Origin: a virus
Direction: 5' to 3' (one strand)
Virus genome (UHGV): UHGV-0210521
DNA length: 49,287 nucleotides
Shown here: piece by piece, positions 35,414-44,589 of the stretch
How the letters are laid out: the number at the start of each line of letters is the position of its first letter
Numbering within the stretch: position 1 is the stretch's first letter
Translations under genes and position numbers: made by a program
Notes under the pieces: model-generated
The model's input: only the letters and a program-made list of their open reading frames with translations
Told to the model about the DNA's origin: nothing
Databases searched by the model: none

Positions 35414-35610
35414 CGCTGCAAACCACGAGTGGCAAGGTGCCACGCTGCAAGCCCGATCGCACATATTGCGAAACCTGATGCATTAGCGATGCCCGTGACG
35501 GGATGCACGACACCGCTCATCCACAAAACAGCGAAAACGACCGTACCGATGACGAGTAAAGCAAACAACGGCCATACCCACCGGCGATTAGTTACAACAT
35601 TGGCCCACAC
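35410..35610 (-). CDS. Small membrane protein (two predicted helices), co-oriented with and overlapping the hydrolase start
   Basis: 66 aa; hydrophobic segments WVWPLFALLVIGTVVFAVLW and FAICAIGLAAW; its stop overlaps the hydrolase ATG (ATGA on the minus strand). Confidence 0.45.
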   Translation of the reverse strand: MWANVVTNRRWVWPLFALLVIGTVVFAVLWMSGVVHPVTGIANASGFAICAIGLAAWHLATRGLQR

Positions 35611-35669
35611 GATTCCTCCTCATCCTCTAGCCAATTTTAACCCCCAGCAACGCGAAGGAATACAGACCT

Positions 35670-38348
35670 ATGGCTGACTCCACTTTTGGTTTGAAGATTG
35701 GGCTTGAGGGTGAGCGTGAGTTCAAGCGCGCGATCACGGATATTAACCGTGAGATGCGGGTTCTCGGCTCGGAGATGAAGCTCGTAGCCTCCTCGTTTGA
35801 TAAGAACGACAAGTCCGCCGAAGCCCTCACCGCCCGTAACCAAGTGCTGAGCAAAGAAATCGAAGCTCAAAAAGCCAAGATCGAAACCCTCCGCCAAGCC
35901 CTGCAGAACAGCGCCACAAGCTTTGGTGAGAACGATAGTCGGACGAAGAATTGGCAGATCCAGCTCAACAACGCAGGCGCGGAGCTCAACCGGCTCGAAG
36001 GCGAACTCAAAGCCAACAAAGACGCTCTCTCAGATTTCGGGAACGAGGCAGACGGCGCGGGAGATGACGCCAACAATGCGGCGAAGGACGCAGGACGTCT
36101 TGAGGGCGCGGTGGATGATCTCGGCGACGAGATGGACACCACCAGTGGCAAGACCCGCATCTTCGGCGACGTGCTCAAAGGGAACCTCGCCTCCGAAGCC
36201 ATCATCGCCGGCGTCAAAGGTATCGGGCATGCGATCGCCAGTATTGGGCGCGGCATGGTAGGCGCGTTGAAAGAGGGCGTGGAGTACAACGCCCGCATGG
36301 AGCAATACACCACCTCGTTTACCACGATGCTGGGTGACCAAGCCAAAGCCCAACAACTCGTTAACGACCTGAAAGTTCAGGCGGCAAAGACCCCGTTTGG
36401 GATGGAGGACCTCGCGGGCAACATGCAAACCCTCCTGAGCTTCGGAATGAGCCTTGAGGATGCGAAAAAGCACCTGAACGAAATCGGCGACATCTCCCAA
36501 GGCGATGCGGTGAAGATGGAATCGCTGACCCTTGCCTTCGCCCAAATGTCCTCGACCGGCAAACTCACGGGCCAGGACTTGCTGCAGATGATCAACGCCG
36601 GATTCAACCCCCTCGAAGAAATCTCCCGCAAGACCGGCAAAAGTATTGGTGAGCTGAAAGAGGATATGGCGAAGGGCGCTATTTCGGCTGACATGGTCGC
36701 TGACGCATTCGCCAGTGCTACTGCTGAAGGCGGGCGTTTCTACGGGGCTATGGACGCCCAATCCAAGACCTTTAGCGGCCAGTTGGCGACAATGCAGGAT
36801 GGGGTGGAAAACCTCAAAGGCCTCCTCGCGGGCGGACTGAGTGAGGCGTTGGCGGGTTCGGTGTTGCCGATGGTCAACGGGTGGATCGACGAACTAACTG
36901 CAGCGTTCGAAGAAGGCGGAACGCCTGCGTTGATTGACACTCTCGGTAGCGTTTTGCAGGAAGCTCTCGCGTTTATTGCTGACCAACTACCCATGGTGGT
37001 CGAGACCGGCATGTCCATCCTCACCGCACTTCTCGAAGGCATCATCGAAGTGTTGCCACAGGTGGCCGAGACGGCGGTGACGCTGATTATCGCGCTGGTG
37101 GAGGCGATCATCGAAGCACTGCCGTCCTTGTTGGAGGCGGCGATTCAGATCATCGCAACCCTCGTCTCTGGTATCGGCGAAGCGCTACCGGAACTGGTTC
37201 CGGCCGCAGTGGAGATGCTCATGGCTTTGGTGCAGGGCCTGGTCGATAACCTGCCGCTTTTGTTGGATGCGGCGTTGCAGCTCATCACCGGACTCGCCGA
37301 AGGCCTCATCGCAGCCATCCCCGTCATCATCGAAGCGCTCCCGCAGATCATCACCGGCATAGTGACCTTCCTTGTGGGTGCGATCCCGCAGATCATCGAA
37401 GCAGGAATCCAGCTGCTCACCGCGTTGATTGGGGCGTTGCCACAGATCATCACAGCAATCGTCGCAGCACTCCCGCAGATTATTACTGCGATCGTCAGCG
37501 GCGTGGTGGGTGCGATCCCGCAGCTCATCGACGCAGGCATTCAACTGCTGACGGCGTTGATTGGGGCGTTGCCACAGATCATTACAACGATTGTGGCCGC
37601 GTTGCCGCAGATTATTGCCAGTATTGTGTCGGTGATTGGTGGGGCTATCCCGCAACTCGTTCAAGCCGGAATCCAACTCTTGACCGCGTTGGTGCGGAAT
37701 CTGCCGCAGATTATTTCCACGATCGTCGCAGCAATCCCGCAAATCGTTATCGGCATTGTCTCGGCCGTTGGCCAGGGCGTGTGGCAGATGGCGGAGGCGG
37801 GCAAGAACCTCGTCTACGGCCTGTGGAACGGAATCCAATCCCTGGCGGGGTGGTTGTGGGATTCGGTGTCGAACTGGGCGCGCGGGATTTGGGACTCCAT
37901 CATTGGCTTCTTCGGCATCCACAGCCCGTCTCGCAAGATGGCCTGGGCAGGACGGATGCTCGTCGAAGGCCTCGCAGGCTCTATCAAAATCGATGGCAAC
38001 AAGGCTGTCACTGCTGCCACTGGTTTGGCTAGGGACACGATGGACGCCTTCAGCGAGCTTGAAGACGGGCTTCATGTGCCGATCGAGGCGGTTGCGGACC
38101 TGCAGGTACCTGCCGTCGATCTCGCCCCACAACCCATAGTTATCAGCCGCGATACGAGTGGCGGTGCTGATAGTGAGCGTGTGGATGTCGCGAGCATCGT
38201 CGACGCGACAGCGAAGCGGATCCTCGGGTCTTTGGATATTTCGGTGACGTTGTCGGATGGGACGCTGGTGGGCAAGCTCGCACCCGCTTTCGACAAGCAA
38301 CTTGCTCGTCTTGATCGGCGGCAGACCGTGATGGCAGGAGGCTACTAA
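35670..38348 (+). CDS. Tail tape measure protein
   Basis: 892 aa, coiled N-terminus, long hydrophobic repetitive core, location after the chaperone. Confidence 0.85.
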   Translation: MADSTFGLKIGLEGEREFKRAITDINREMRVLGSEMKLVASSFDKNDKSAEALTARNQVLSKEIEAQKAKIETLRQALQNSATSFGENDSRTKNWQIQLNNAGAELNRLEGELKANKDALSDFGNEADGAGDDANNAAKDAGRLEGAVDDLGDEMDTTSGKTRIFGDVLKGNLASEAIIAGVKGIGHAIASIGRGMVGALKEGVEYNARMEQYTTSFTTMLGDQAKAQQLVNDLKVQAAKTPFGMEDLAGNMQTLLSFGMSLEDAKKHLNEIGDISQGDAVKMESLTLAFAQMSSTGKLTGQDLLQMINAGFNPLEEISRKTGKSIGELKEDMAKGAISADMVADAFASATAEGGRFYGAMDAQSKTFSGQLATMQDGVENLKGLLAGGLSEALAGSVLPMVNGWIDELTAAFEEGGTPALIDTLGSVLQEALAFIADQLPMVVETGMSILTALLEGIIEVLPQVAETAVTLIIALVEAIIEALPSLLEAAIQIIATLVSGIGEALPELVPAAVEMLMALVQGLVDNLPLLLDAALQLITGLAEGLIAAIPVIIEALPQIITGIVTFLVGAIPQIIEAGIQLLTALIGALPQIITAIVAALPQIITAIVSGVVGAIPQLIDAGIQLLTALIGALPQIITTIVAALPQIIASIVSVIGGAIPQLVQAGIQLLTALVRNLPQIISTIVAAIPQIVIGIVSAVGQGVWQMAEAGKNLVYGLWNGIQSLAGWLWDSVSNWARGIWDSIIGFFGIHSPSRKMAWAGRMLVEGLAGSIKIDGNKAVTAATGLARDTMDAFSELEDGLHVPIEAVADLQVPAVDLAPQPIVISRDTSGGADSERVDVASIVDATAKRILGSLDISVTLSDGTLVGKLAPAFDKQLARLDRRQTVMAGGY
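37340..37780 (+). repeat. Tandem 132-bp (44-aa) repeats inside the tape measure gene, about 3 units
   Basis: Repeating unit GAIPQ(I/L)I(E/D)AGIQLLTAL ... LPQII ... IVS seen in translation; period 132 bp between 37382, 37514 and 37646. Confidence 0.6.
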
Positions 38349-39040
38349 TGTATGGGTTCACCCTGAACAGCGCGGTGACGTCGGCGTCGCTTGGTCTGCG
38401 CTTGACCGCCCCGGTTGCGATACCCGCCGCCGTCCGTGCGGTGGATGATATCGAGGTCGAAGGCCGCGCCGGGACCCTGACCAGGTTCACGGGCTGGAAG
38501 GATACCGAACTCGAGCTTGAGCTCGCCATGCCTATCCGTGACGGGCTCCACCAGTACCGGCGGGCCACTCACGAGCTCACCAATGCCCAGACCATTGCAC
38601 TCACGGCCGAGCCTGGTATTTACCGCAAGGTTAAGCACTGCGAAGTCTCAGAATTGCGCCGGGAGTTGTCGGGGTGGGGGTTCTTCACCGCACGCCTGAC
38701 CTGCCAACCCTTCGCTTACCTGACGAGTGGGCTCGCACCGGTGACGATGTTGGAGTCGGGGACGATCACTAACCCCGGCCTACTCGATGCGGATCCGATC
38801 ATCACCGTTACTGGCACCGGAGCGTTGTCTTTGACGATCAATGCGCGCGTCTATCATGTGAGTTCGCCAGCAGGTTCCGTCACGCTCGACAGCGCACGTC
38901 TTGTCTCACACGTATCAGGTCGCGTGCAGACGGATGCGCTGACCGAAGCATTCCCAGTATTGAATCCTGGGTTGAACAGGATCACCCTCGGTACCGGCAT
39001 CTCACAAGTGGTCATTGTGCCGAATTGGCGCAACCCCTAA
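38348..39040 (+). CDS. Distal tail protein (Dit-like)
   Basis: 230 aa directly after the tape measure gene, with overlapping stop/start. Confidence 0.5.
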   Translation: MYGFTLNSAVTSASLGLRLTAPVAIPAAVRAVDDIEVEGRAGTLTRFTGWKDTELELELAMPIRDGLHQYRRATHELTNAQTIALTAEPGIYRKVKHCEVSELRRELSGWGFFTARLTCQPFAYLTSGLAPVTMLESGTITNPGLLDADPIITVTGTGALSLTINARVYHVSSPAGSVTLDSARLVSHVSGRVQTDALTEAFPVLNPGLNRITLGTGISQVVIVPNWRNP

Positions 39041-39111
39041 ACCACCGCCCACTGTTTCTTTGACGGCCATCCCTTCGTGGGGTGGCCACTGTTGTCTTTG
39101 GAAGGCCTCTC

Positions 39112-41793
39112 ATGATTACGGTTCACGACCGCACCGCCACGACATTCACCACCACCGGGCTAGGAGTCTTGGATCGGGAGACCATCAACCCGATCGTGAC
39201 TGAAGAACTAGGTGGCGAATTCTCCCTGACCTTCACCTACCCAGCAGATGGACCTGCAGCCCAGCACCTCATCCTGGAAAACGTTGTGGCAGCGCCCGTG
39301 CCAGGGCTGGAGCAACGGCAGGGTTTCCGGATTAGCGAGGTTGTCACCACCCTTGACGGCTTTTTCGAAGTGAACGCGTTTCATGTCTTCTATGATCTGG
39401 CGGCGAACCTCATCGCCGACACCTACGTGGTCAACAAAACCGCGAAAGGTGCACTCACTCAAATCCTTGGCGCGGCGAACACTAAGCACGGGTTTACTGC
39501 TACCTCATCGGATACGGTGACCAGGTCTTCTGCGCGGTTGGTGCGCATGCCCATCGCCGCCGCTCTCATGGATGCGGGCGAGGACAACACGTTCGCTGCG
39601 CGTTGGGGCGGTGAACTGGCCCGCGATAATTTCCATATCCATCACGTGCCCATGCGCGGAGCCAACCACGGGGTGGTCATCCGTGACCGCAAGAACCTCA
39701 CTGGCTTCGAATCGGCTATTGATTTTTCGACGGTGGTGACACGGATTCTCCCGGTCGGCTACGACGGTCTACTCTTGCCTGAACTCTATGTGGATAGCCC
39801 GAAATTGGGAGATTATGTGGTGCCGCGTATCCGCGTCATCCGCTACGGACAAGTCAAAGCCATTACTGATAAAGACAACCCACGTGAAGGCGAGCTTCCG
39901 CTCGACCAAGCCCACGCGCAGTTGCGACGTCTGGCGGCGGCAGAATTCAGCGCCAAGCATGTGGATGAGCCGTCCGCTTCGTACAAGATCCGCTTCACTG
40001 ACCTTTCACAAACCCGTGAATACGCTGATCTTGCACGGCTGGAAACCGTGGAGATTGGCGATACCGTTACCGTCCGTCACGCTGATCTGGGTGTTGCGCT
40101 CACGGCGCGGGTGGTGGCATACGCGTACAACCCGCTCGCGCTCCAGTACATCTCGGTCGAACTTGGAACCGTAGCTCGGAAGTTCACGTCTGTCACCCGG
40201 CAAGTCAAAACCGCCATCAGCACGGCCGTGTCAGCCTCGGATGCGGCCGGGTTCGCGTTGGCTAGTGCGGATGGGAAGAACACCAACCACTACGGCACCA
40301 CCCAGCCCGCCAATGCCAGGCTGGGTGACACATGGTTCAAAAGCAACGGCGAAACCACCGAGATCTGGATATACCAGCTCACCGACACCGGACAACCCGG
40401 CTGGGTGGCACTCGCTACTGATCTGAACCATGCACAGATCATCGCGGAACTCGACGCTGCCCGCGCAGAGGTCGACCAAGCCCTCGCCGCCGCACAAGAC
40501 GCACAAACCGCCGCCGATGCTGTCGCCACTCAGATGGCTTCGGCGCAGGTGGAGATCGACCAGGCTAAGACCGCAGCCGCTGGTGCTACCAAGTTGGCGC
40601 AGGATGCCCACGACGTTGCGGTTACCTCGGATGGGCGGCTCACGGTTGCCGTTGTTGACCCGAACGTAGCGGACGCGGCTGGCCGACCGGAGGGCGCGCT
40701 ATGGCAAGTGCGCGTAGACGGCGTGATCGCCCGCCAATACATCCTCACCAACAACCAATGGGAACAAACACCGGTGGGTGCCGCGATGATCGGGTCGAAA
40801 GCGATCAGCCAAGCACACATCGCAGACGCCGCCATCGGCACCGCACACATCGCAGACGCCGCGATCACCGACGCGAAAATCGGGTCGCTCTCGGCCTCGA
40901 AGATCACCTCCGGGTATTTAGCTGCTGGGCGGATTGCCGCCGGATCGATTACATCCGACAAGTTGACGATCGCCAACGGATACATCACCAATGCGATGAT
41001 CAAGGACGCGGCGGTCACATCCGCGAAGATCGCCTCGCTGGATGCTGGGAAGATCACCACCGGCACGTTGTCGGCGGCTCGGATTGGGGCGCGCTCGATT
41101 ACGGCCGACAAGCTCGCGACCAACGCCATCCAAGTAGGCCTGGCAGGCTGGACGCAATCTATCCGCATCACCCCGTATCAGATCGCTTGGTATAACGGCT
41201 CGACGTTGGAGGGAAAGATTACGAGCGCGGGCATGCAGTTCTGGTACGGCACCCGCTACATCGGGGAGATGGCACGCCGTGCCCACAAGGACAAGCCCGA
41301 CGTGCAAGGCGTCGTCAACCAGGTCGCCTATCAAGGCGACTATGTGGCCTGGACATACCAGACGGTTTCCGGCGGTGGCTACTTCACCTGCCTCACCCTG
41401 GATCCGAAGGGACGCTTCTACGGCAAGGCCGGCATTCATCTTGGTGCTGACTTGCGCACCAACGGCTACAAGTTCTACACCACCGGCTCACGCTACGTGA
41501 CCTTGCAAGACTGCACGCTCACCGGGAAAGGCACCTACGCCGGGTGGGTGTCGAGCAATGGGCTGGCGAAGATCGTCTTCCACACCTACGACGTCATGGT
41601 CGTCACCAACGGCTCGTATTACAACATGACCCGTCTCTTTGATCGCACCAAAGATTTGATGTCGCGGATGAACGCGATCCTCAGCTTACTCAATCAAGGG
41701 TGGATCACATCCATATCCGGAACCGGCTCGAACATCACGTGGCGGTACTTCTCCAACACAGGCCTGTCGGCCATGTCCACCAACCTCGCATAA
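39112..41793 (+). CDS. Tail-associated / tail fibre protein (Tal / receptor-binding-like)
   Basis: About 890 aa after Dit; Ala-rich coiled segment and repeated motifs AHIADAAI(G/T) ... KI(G/A)SL. Confidence 0.55.
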   Translation: MITVHDRTATTFTTTGLGVLDRETINPIVTEELGGEFSLTFTYPADGPAAQHLILENVVAAPVPGLEQRQGFRISEVVTTLDGFFEVNAFHVFYDLAANLIADTYVVNKTAKGALTQILGAANTKHGFTATSSDTVTRSSARLVRMPIAAALMDAGEDNTFAARWGGELARDNFHIHHVPMRGANHGVVIRDRKNLTGFESAIDFSTVVTRILPVGYDGLLLPELYVDSPKLGDYVVPRIRVIRYGQVKAITDKDNPREGELPLDQAHAQLRRLAAAEFSAKHVDEPSASYKIRFTDLSQTREYADLARLETVEIGDTVTVRHADLGVALTARVVAYAYNPLALQYISVELGTVARKFTSVTRQVKTAISTAVSASDAAGFALASADGKNTNHYGTTQPANARLGDTWFKSNGETTEIWIYQLTDTGQPGWVALATDLNHAQIIAELDAARAEVDQALAAAQDAQTAADAVATQMASAQVEIDQAKTAAAGATKLAQDAHDVAVTSDGRLTVAVVDPNVADAAGRPEGALWQVRVDGVIARQYILTNNQWEQTPVGAAMIGSKAISQAHIADAAIGTAHIADAAITDAKIGSLSASKITSGYLAAGRIAAGSITSDKLTIANGYITNAMIKDAAVTSAKIASLDAGKITTGTLSAARIGARSITADKLATNAIQVGLAGWTQSIRITPYQIAWYNGSTLEGKITSAGMQFWYGTRYIGEMARRAHKDKPDVQGVVNQVAYQGDYVAWTYQTVSGGGYFTCLTLDPKGRFYGKAGIHLGADLRTNGYKFYTTGSRYVTLQDCTLTGKGTYAGWVSSNGLAKIVFHTYDVMVVTNGSYYNMTRLFDRTKDLMSRMNAILSLLNQGWITSISGTGSNITWRYFSNTGLSAMSTNLA

Positions 41794-41809
41794 GTAAAAG
41801 GAAACCCTG

Positions 41810-42232
41810 ATGAAGATCATGCTCGCCAACCACCATTTGCAACCCATCGCCGACCTACTCGAGAACATGCCGCTCAAAGCCGCTCAATCCAGGGCGCGCT
41901 CCAAACTCCTCACGCTAGTGAAGGAAGCGATTGCACGGTTCGGGGAAGACGAATACGACCTCGTCACCCACTATGCAACACTCGACGATCATGGTCGCCC
42001 AGTGTTCGCAGATGACGGCACCTTCATGCTCGCCGACCCCGATAAAGCCAGTGAATTCCTCGAAGCCCGCCAGAATCTGCTGACCTCGGTTGCGGAAGTG
42101 TCGGGTCCCACCTACGACGGCCACGACAAGGACGTGAAAGCACTTCTTGACGGCTATGAGGGTGAACTGTCTGGCGTGGCGGCGGAAGCCTACGACGTTC
42201 TCTACGACGCCATCACCAAGGGTGGCCAATGA
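41810..42232 (+). CDS. Hypothetical phage protein
   Basis: 140 aa between the tail fibre and lysis genes. Confidence 0.45.
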   Translation: MKIMLANHHLQPIADLLENMPLKAAQSRARSKLLTLVKEAIARFGEDEYDLVTHYATLDDHGRPVFADDGTFMLADPDKASEFLEARQNLLTSVAEVSGPTYDGHDKDVKALLDGYEGELSGVAAEAYDVLYDAITKGGQ

Positions 42233-42450
42233 AGGCCAAGGAAGAAAAGGACACAGAAATGACCGACGTTTCAGATGATGAGTCAACGTCTAGCGAAGAA
42301 GTACAGCTACCCATCGTCCCGATCAAATCCGATGCCACGCCCGCACCACCAGCAGAGGCCATCGAAGCCCAAGAACTCCCAGCGCCACAGGTCGCGTCGA
42401 TTGATCTGACAGAGCCGATTCTCGAAGTTCTCACTGACCCGACCATGTAG
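42229..42450 (+). CDS. Hypothetical highly acidic small protein
   Basis: 73 aa, Asp/Glu/Ser-rich; ATGA overlap with the upstream gene. Confidence 0.4.
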   Translation: MKAKEEKDTEMTDVSDDESTSSEEVQLPIVPIKSDATPAPPAEAIEAQELPAPQVASIDLTEPILEVLTDPTM

Positions 42451-42530
42451 CCCAGTGCTACACCAATTTTTGATGCCTTCACCCCAGATGGGTGTGGGCA
42501 ATTTTTATGCCCACGAAAGGAATCATTCTC

Positions 42531-42986
42531 ATGTCTCTACACGCCATCTGGCACGCCATTCAAGCCGGCATCGCTGGTATTGGTGCGTGGCTCGCCGCTT
42601 ATCTTGGAGGTCTCGACGGCCTCGTCTATGCGCTGATTGTTTTCACTATCGCCGACTACATCACCGGGGTGCTGGCCGCCATCAACGAGCGCCGCCTCAG
42701 CTCATCCGTCGGTTTTAGGGGTATCAGCCGCAAAATCCTCATCTTCACCCTCGTCGGCCTCGCCCATTTGATCGACGTCCATATTCTCGGAGCACCCGGC
42801 GTGCTGCGAGCGGCTGTCATCTTCTTCTACCTATCCAACGAAGGCATCTCCCTCGTGGAGAACGCCACCCGCCTCGGCCTACCCGTCCCATCCCAAATGC
42901 GTGGGGCGCTCGATGCGATCGCCAACCGCGCCGAAACAAGACCCTCACTGACCGAACCACCAACCACTGAAAAGGAGATTCACTGA
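42531..42986 (+). CDS. Holin
   Basis: About 150 aa with 3 hydrophobic helices and a charged C-terminus, immediately upstream of the endolysin; AAAGGA RBS before ATG 42531. Confidence 0.6.
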   Translation: MSLHAIWHAIQAGIAGIGAWLAAYLGGLDGLVYALIVFTIADYITGVLAAINERRLSSSVGFRGISRKILIFTLVGLAHLIDVHILGAPGVLRAAVIFFYLSNEGISLVENATRLGLPVPSQMRGALDAIANRAETRPSLTEPPTTEKEIH

Positions 42987-43801
42987 TGAAGAATTGGAAC
43001 ACGCTTGAGGCTGACATCGACCTCATCATGAACACACACTACACGCCCGGCAGGAATGGTAGGCGGATCGATAAGGTCATCATTCACCACAACGCCGGAA
43101 ACCTCACCATTAGGGGCTGCTACGACGTGTGGCAAACGCGTCCAGCTTCCGCCCACTACCAAGTCCAAACCGACGGACGCATCGGCCAGTTGGTGTGGGA
43201 TCGCGATACCGCCTGGCATGCAGGCAACTTTGCCGCCAACACCACCAGTATCGGCATCGAGCATGCGGATGTGTCCTCGAACCCGTGGGCTGTGTCGGAG
43301 GCGTGCCTCGATAACGGAGCACACCTCGTGGCGGCCGTTTGCAAGTTCTACGGTCTTGGCCGCCCGGCTTGGGGCAAGAACGTCTTCGGGCACAAGGACT
43401 TTTCTGCGACTGCTTGTCCGGCTTCTCTTGCTGGTTCTCAGCATGCTGCCTACATGTCCCGCGCACAGTCTTGGTATGACCAGATGAGCGGTAGTGCACC
43501 AGCACCCGCTCCTGCAGCGCCGAATATCGACGCTCTCGCTGATGCAGTGATTCGCGGCGATTACGGGAACGGTGAGGAGCGTAAGCGTTGCCTCGGAGCC
43601 AACTACGCCGCTGTCCAACAGCGCGTGAACGAGAAGCTCTCTGGCAACGCACCTGCCGCGAAGCCAGCAGGGCCGAACATTGATGCTCTTGCCGATGCCG
43701 TTATTCGCGGCGAGTACGGCAACGGTGAGGAACGTAAGCGCCGACTCGGAAATCTCTACAGCGCCGTACAAGCTCGCGTGAATGCCAAGCTCGGCTACTA
43801 A
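42986..43801 (+). CDS. Endolysin: N-acetylmuramoyl-L-alanine amidase (Amidase_2/PGRP) with two C-terminal CW_7 (Cpl-7-type) repeats
   Basis: Catalytic region HHNAGN ... AWHAGN ... GHKDF ... CP; two copies of NIDALADAVIRG(D/E)YGNGEERKR. Confidence 0.85.
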   Translation: MKNWNTLEADIDLIMNTHYTPGRNGRRIDKVIIHHNAGNLTIRGCYDVWQTRPASAHYQVQTDGRIGQLVWDRDTAWHAGNFAANTTSIGIEHADVSSNPWAVSEACLDNGAHLVAAVCKFYGLGRPAWGKNVFGHKDFSATACPASLAGSQHAAYMSRAQSWYDQMSGSAPAPAPAAPNIDALADAVIRGDYGNGEERKRCLGANYAAVQQRVNEKLSGNAPAAKPAGPNIDALADAVIRGEYGNGEERKRRLGNLYSAVQARVNAKLGY

Positions 43802-43828
43802 ACATCCGCGCCACGTCGGAGCGACTGA

Positions 43829-43894
43829 GCCCCGTCACCACTGTGACTTCCCAATCCTCGGGGAGCCGGTGGTGGCGGGGCTTTTCGTCGTTTC
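43829..43894 (+). terminator. Candidate intrinsic terminator after the lysis cassette
   Basis: 13-bp stem GCCCCGTCACCAC / GTGGTGGCGGGGC (one G-U pair), about 27-nt loop, followed by TTTTCGTCGTTTC. Confidence 0.6.
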
Positions 43895-43901
43895 ATGGAC
43901 G

Positions 43902-43943
43902 GATTTAACAATCGGGGGTTTGTCGGCAGTGGGGTGAAGGGAG
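43902..43943. repeat. Conserved 42-bp element copy C; its 3' end GAAGGGAG serves as the RBS of the downstream gene
   Basis: Matches copies A and B; lies 10 nt upstream of GTG 43954. Confidence 0.6.
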
Positions 43944-43953
43944 TGACCCCACT

Positions 43954-44337
43954 GTGAATGATCTTGATGAACAACGTATCCGCAACCTGCGCACGGCGGG
44001 CTGGGGGTATAAAGCGATTGCCGAGTTTTGCGCCCTAACTCGTGACCAGGTCCGCTCGTACTGCACAACCCGAAACCTTGACGCCGCTCCGGTGATGGCC
44101 TGGCAGGTATGCCACTGGTGTGCCAACCCTATACAGGGAGCAGCTCGGGCTCGGTTTTGCTCGCCCGCCTGCAGGCATAAAGCGTGGCGGCATCGACAGA
44201 AAACCGAGCCTGCGCGCGAGCAGACCTGTACGCACTGCGGACGCCGCTTCGCGATCGTGGACAAACCAGGTCAAAAGTTTTGCTGTCACGCCTGCTATGT
44301 ACGTGCCCGATTCGGCACCCGTGGCGGACAACCATGA
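43954..44337 (+). CDS. HTH plus zinc-ribbon protein (putative regulator; candidate recombination directionality factor)
   Basis: N-terminal region-4-like HTH (IRNLRTAGWGYKAIAEFCALTRDQV) and CxxC ... CxxC pairs; directly upstream of the recombinase genes. Confidence 0.5.
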   Translation: MNDLDEQRIRNLRTAGWGYKAIAEFCALTRDQVRSYCTTRNLDAAPVMAWQVCHWCANPIQGAARARFCSPACRHKAWRHRQKTEPAREQTCTHCGRRFAIVDKPGQKFCCHACYVRARFGTRGGQP

Positions 44338-44543
44338 ACACGCTCGCCGCTCCTGTTGATCAACTGGCCCAACCTGACGTGTTCGCCCGAGAACTCGCCT
44401 TCATCACGGACTCTCACACGTTGAGCGTGCTGGCGGGGCGGGGCGTGCTCACGCCCGCAGAGTATCAGCGTGCTCACCGGTTGTTATGGAAGGCGTGGAC
44501 GCCGATCTATCAACCATCAATAGTGGGCGAAACGACTGGATAA
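44334..44543 (+). CDS. Hypothetical small protein
   Basis: 69 aa; ATGA overlap with the upstream gene. Confidence 0.4.
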   Translation: MNTLAAPVDQLAQPDVFARELAFITDSHTLSVLAGRGVLTPAEYQRAHRLLWKAWTPIYQPSIVGETTG

Positions 44544-44589
44544 ACACTTGGTTTAGAGCGTGTATAGACCTAACGCGAAAGGAGAAAAC

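Noticed and set aside
7663-43943. The three 42-bp elements as attL/attR-type direct repeats bounding nested mobile elements
   Set aside because: There are three copies, all oriented toward downstream genes and far from the recombinase genes; serine recombinases do not generate long direct repeats; a promoter or operator role fits better.
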